A DNA stretch of 28,216 nt, from NCBI GenBank assembly GCA_030830945.1, contig JAURLY010000234.1, positions 1 to 28,216 on the forward strand, written 5' to 3'. The position numbers and the translations under genes were made by a program. The stretch is from Gammaproteobacteria bacterium (GTDB taxonomy: Bacteria > Pseudomonadota > Gammaproteobacteria > Pseudomonadales > GM7GCV1). The notes below the pieces were generated by a model. The model had not been told where the DNA came from and ran no database searches. It saw nothing but the letters and a program-made list of their open reading frames with translations. Shown here piece by piece: positions 25,694-28,216 of the stretch (within the stretch, counting starts at the first letter, position 1; each line of letters starts with the position of its first letter).

Positions 25694-26554
25694 TTAAATC
25701 CAACGCCAGGCATCCGGCGTGTTAAAAAGCGCAGCCATGCCTGAATGATTGGTTACATGCGCTGACGAGTGACAAGTAATCTTTCCCCGAATATCCCCGC
25801 CAACCAATTGCAGGTCACCGATAATATCCAGCACTTTATGGCGCACCATATCATTTGCATGCAGCAGTCCCGAAGGGTTTATCGGTCGACCAAACGCGTA
25901 CACCACAGCAGTATTTAATCCCGCCCCACGCAATACCGGGTTTTTAAGGAAGTTACCCACGATCTTTGGCAACCAAATATCCTTTAGACGCCCCCAGGCT
26001 TTGGCACCAATAATTTCCTGTTTAAACACTGCCGGAGTCATATCGCCGGCCCATGGCATATGACCATACTCGCCCGGATAGATATTAATATCGACGGCAA
26101 AACCATCGTACGGCTCAAACGAAAATTTTCGGTGCTCATTTTCATAGCTGACAGGCTGAAGTATTTCCAGAACTCGACGCTGTTCACCTAAATCAATAGT
26201 CCCTACTTCGTCGATCAACTCGACAATAGGTCGGGCACTGCCATCGAGAATGGGCACTTCTTCGCCCTCGATCTCAACTTCCAGATTATCTATGCCCGTG
26301 GCATAACATGCAGCCATTAGGTGCTCGACCGTTCGTACCGACACCCCTTGATCATTGGCGATGCAAGTACAGGCGGGATATCTAATCACCCTATCCCAAA
26401 GAGCAGGCACCCAGTTGTCCGAACCTTGCCCATCCAATCGGTGAAACCTTATACCCATACCTGCATCTGAAGGTTTTAAGTGCACAATAGCATTACGCCC
26501 GCTATGCATTCCCTTACCATGGAAACTGACGGTTTTTGCGATAGTGTTCTGCAA
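25694..26554 (-). CDS. wcbS: LpxC paralogue, Zn-dependent N-deacylase (WcbS type)
   Basis: QNTIAKTVSFHGKGMHSG, VRTVEHLMAA, DNLEVEIEGEEVPILDGSA, RHKVLDIIGDL, SSAHVTN. Zn and catalytic residues are kept, but the ARTFGF substrate motif is replaced by AKAWGR. The start was set at TTG 26554 (GGAGG 5 nt upstream) instead of 26566. Confidence 0.85.
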   Translation of the reverse strand: MQNTIAKTVSFHGKGMHSGRNAIVHLKPSDAGMGIRFHRLDGQGSDNWVPALWDRVIRYPACTCIANDQGVSVRTVEHLMAACYATGIDNLEVEIEGEEVPILDGSARPIVELIDEVGTIDLGEQRRVLEILQPVSYENEHRKFSFEPYDGFAVDINIYPGEYGHMPWAGDMTPAVFKQEIIGAKAWGRLKDIWLPKIVGNFLKNPVLRGAGLNTAVVYAFGRPINPSGLLHANDMVRHKVLDIIGDLQLVGGDIRGKITCHSSAHVTNHSGMAALFNTPDAWRWI

Positions 26555-26610
26555 TCTGTCCTCCAAAAAAATGAATTGCTGTTGAGCTAACGAAATCCTG
26601 CAGGTTTACC

Positions 26611-26639
26611 TTGACTAACACTCAGCAGCTTCGTAATGT
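26611..26639 (+). promoter_or_regulatory. Candidate sigma70 promoter for kpsS
   Basis: TTGACT (26611-26616), 17-nt spacer, TAATGT (26634-26639), about 90 nt upstream of the kpsS ATG. Confidence 0.5.
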
Positions 26640-26682
26640 CCCGCCTCAATTCCGTGCCCTCTTGATACTGCCAGAAAGCAAT

Positions 26683-26731
26683 CAACAGACGGAAATATAC
26701 AACAGACACGAGCATCTCAACGACGAAATAT
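26683..26731 (+). repeat. Three degenerate tandem direct repeats in the kpsS leader
   Basis: CAACAGACGGAAATAT (26683-26698), CAACAGACACGAGCAT (26700-26715), CAAC-GACGAAATAT (26718-26731, ending in the ATG). Confidence 0.55.
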
Positions 26732-27953
26732 GCCCGACGCCCGCCATTTCCTCTTTTTACAAGGACCAATCTCGCCTTTTTTTCCGTTGCTGGCAAAAAA
26801 ACTGGAGGGGCAAGGACACAAGGTTTTTAAAATAAACCTTAACCTGGGCGATCAATTGCATTGGAAGTGTACGAATACTTCTAATTATCGAGGGAAACTG
26901 GAACACTGGGATAACTGGATTGGCCAGTACTATCATGACCACCAGATTACTGACATCCTGCTTCTTGGTGAACAGCGCGAATATCACCAAATAGCTATCC
27001 AGAAAGCACGGAATGAAAACATTCAGGTTATTGTTACCGATTTCGGCTACTTGCGTCCCGACTGGATTACCTTTGAGCACAACGGGATGTCTTCTGAGTC
27101 CCTTTTTCCGCAATCCCCCGAAGAAATTATGGCGTTAGCCGATCAATGCGGCACTCGCGATATGAAAAAAGTGTATCAGGATTCTTTTTTCAATCAGGCA
27201 TATTGGGATGTGCTTTACCATTTTGCGGCCATTCTGGGCTGGATATTTTTTCCGGGCTATGACAATTTCCGGCGCCATAATCCCGTTCAGGACTATCTTG
27301 GTATTTTGGTCCGACTCATGCGACGTCGATGGGTGGAGCCCAAAGCATCAAGCTTTGTAGAATGGATTAGCGCAAGTGACATTCGCTACTTTGTCTACCC
27401 GCTTCAGCTCCAGCACGATTATTCCATTCAGGCATATTCTCCCTACGATGGTAACGACCAGCCTATGGAAGACATCTTGCGCTCATTCGCGCATTCATCA
27501 CCTAAGGACGTCCATCTGGTAGTGAAAATTCACCCACTAGATCCCAACCCTTTTAAATGGAAGCGCATGGTACTTTCTGGCGCGAGACGCTTTCATATAG
27601 CTGACAGAGTACATTTTCTCGACGGTGGAAATCTGCAAAAACTGCTCTATTCGGCTCAGGGAATGATTACCATCAATAGCACGACAGGCATAGCCACCTT
27701 GCAGGAAGGTATTGCCACCAAAATATTGGGCAGTGCAATCTACGACATTGAAGGATTGGTCAGCAAGCAGTCTCTGGACGAATTCTGGAATGATCCCACA
27801 CATCCAGACATCCCCTTACGCGATGCGTTTATCAAGGCGCTGACAGACACCGTGCAACTGAAAGGAACCTACTATCAGCAGCCCGGTCTGGATAATGCTG
27901 TTGAAGAAGCCGCACACCGCTTGCTTAATAACAAGATTAACCAACCCTATTAG
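26730..27953 (+). CDS. kpsS: Capsule priming beta-Kdo transferase KpsS (WcbO/RkpJ-like)
   Basis: FLFLQGPISPFF, DFGYLRPDWITFEHNG, PLQLQHDYSIQAYS, VKIHPLD, ITINSTTG, KILGSAIYDIEGL, TVQLKGTYY. Confidence 0.92.
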   Translation: MPDARHFLFLQGPISPFFPLLAKKLEGQGHKVFKINLNLGDQLHWKCTNTSNYRGKLEHWDNWIGQYYHDHQITDILLLGEQREYHQIAIQKARNENIQVIVTDFGYLRPDWITFEHNGMSSESLFPQSPEEIMALADQCGTRDMKKVYQDSFFNQAYWDVLYHFAAILGWIFFPGYDNFRRHNPVQDYLGILVRLMRRRWVEPKASSFVEWISASDIRYFVYPLQLQHDYSIQAYSPYDGNDQPMEDILRSFAHSSPKDVHLVVKIHPLDPNPFKWKRMVLSGARRFHIADRVHFLDGGNLQKLLYSAQGMITINSTTGIATLQEGIATKILGSAIYDIEGLVSKQSLDEFWNDPTHPDIPLRDAFIKALTDTVQLKGTYYQQPGLDNAVEEAAHRLLNNKINQPY

Positions 27954-27957
27954 CTGC

Positions 27958-28216
27958 TTACAGTTTTTCTATACTGGACAGGAATCCTCGAAGAATTTGG
28001 ACTTCAGACTCATCGGGGCGAATTCGGTTAAACATCCTTCGTAAACGAGTCATTGTTTGGCGGGGATTTGACGGATTATGAAACCCAGTCTTCATCATCG
28101 ACCGCTCCAAATGCTCAATCAAAAACTCTACTGACTCACTTGATGCAAGCGGTTCATCCCATTGTTCACAGATCGGCAGCTCACCGGCTTCATCAAGCTG
28201 ATGCATTCGTAATTCA
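27958..28216 (-). CDS. trmJ: tRNA/rRNA 2'-O-methyltransferase TrmJ, C-terminal part (runs off the right edge)
   Basis: ...ELRMHQ...EPLASSESVEFLIEHLE...GFHNPSNPRQTMTRLRRMFNRIRPDESEVQILRGFLSSIEK matches the TrmJ C-terminal domain. trmJ normally precedes iscR. Confidence 0.88.
   Translation of the reverse strand, partial: ELRMHQLDEAGELPICEQWDEPLASSESVEFLIEHLERSMMKTGFHNPSNPRQTMTRLRRMFNRIRPDESEVQILRGFLSSIEKL

Noticed and set aside
25694-26554. Annotation as housekeeping lpxC
   Set aside because: It is not in the ftsZ-lpxC (dcw) context, and substrate-binding motifs have diverged. It is treated as a WcbS-type paralogue.
26607-26631. TTGACTAACACTCAG upstream of kpsS as a third IscR site
   Set aside because: Only the left half resembles the consensus and the spacing is wrong. 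It is better explained as a -35 element.
2783-27951. Imperfect direct repeat at the island ends (CCAACCTATAA at 2783-2793; CCAACCCTATT at 27941-27951) as a possible attachment-site scar
   Set aside because: It is short, needs an indel, and the right copy is constrained by the last kpsS codons. No integrase is present, so chance is likely. An empty-site genome would be needed to test it.
1-28216. tRNA/rRNA genes, CRISPR arrays, IS elements, prophage or defence genes
   Set aside because: No such motifs, repeat-spacer periodicity or terminal inverted repeats were seen, and almost all of the window is explained by the listed CDSs.

Overview
This gammaproteobacterial window has conserved housekeeping genes at both ends, all on the minus strand: the trmJ 3' part at the right edge and iscR-iscS-sufB (5' part) at the left. 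Between trmJ and iscR lies a ~25 kb ABC-transporter-dependent capsule locus. It carries export genes kpsD-kpsM-kpsT-kpsE, then a polymer/modification block (GT2, Fe(II)/2-oxoglutarate dioxygenase, two different sulfotransferases, GT4-like). Next comes a 2540-aa fully reducing type I PKS (KS-AT-DH-degenerate MT-ER-KR-ACP, no thioesterase; WcbR/RkpA type), a PLP alpha-oxoamine synthase (WcbT/RkpG type) and a formyltransferase. The block ends with alternately oriented genes for a second dioxygenase, kpsC, an LpxC paralogue and kpsS. The core resembles Burkholderia wcb / Sinorhizobium rkp capsules. This version lacks the usual SDR (WcbP/RkpH) and LTA-synthase/sulfatase-like (WcbQ/RkpI) genes and adds a formyltransferase, dioxygenases and sulfotransferases. 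That suggests, by inference, a sulfated capsule with an unusual polyketide-derived aminolipid. Type-1 IscR operators lie upstream of sufB and iscR, the latter in a promoter region shared with the capsule operon. No tRNA, rRNA, CRISPR, transposase or integrase was seen. All assignments come from motif reading, not database searches.
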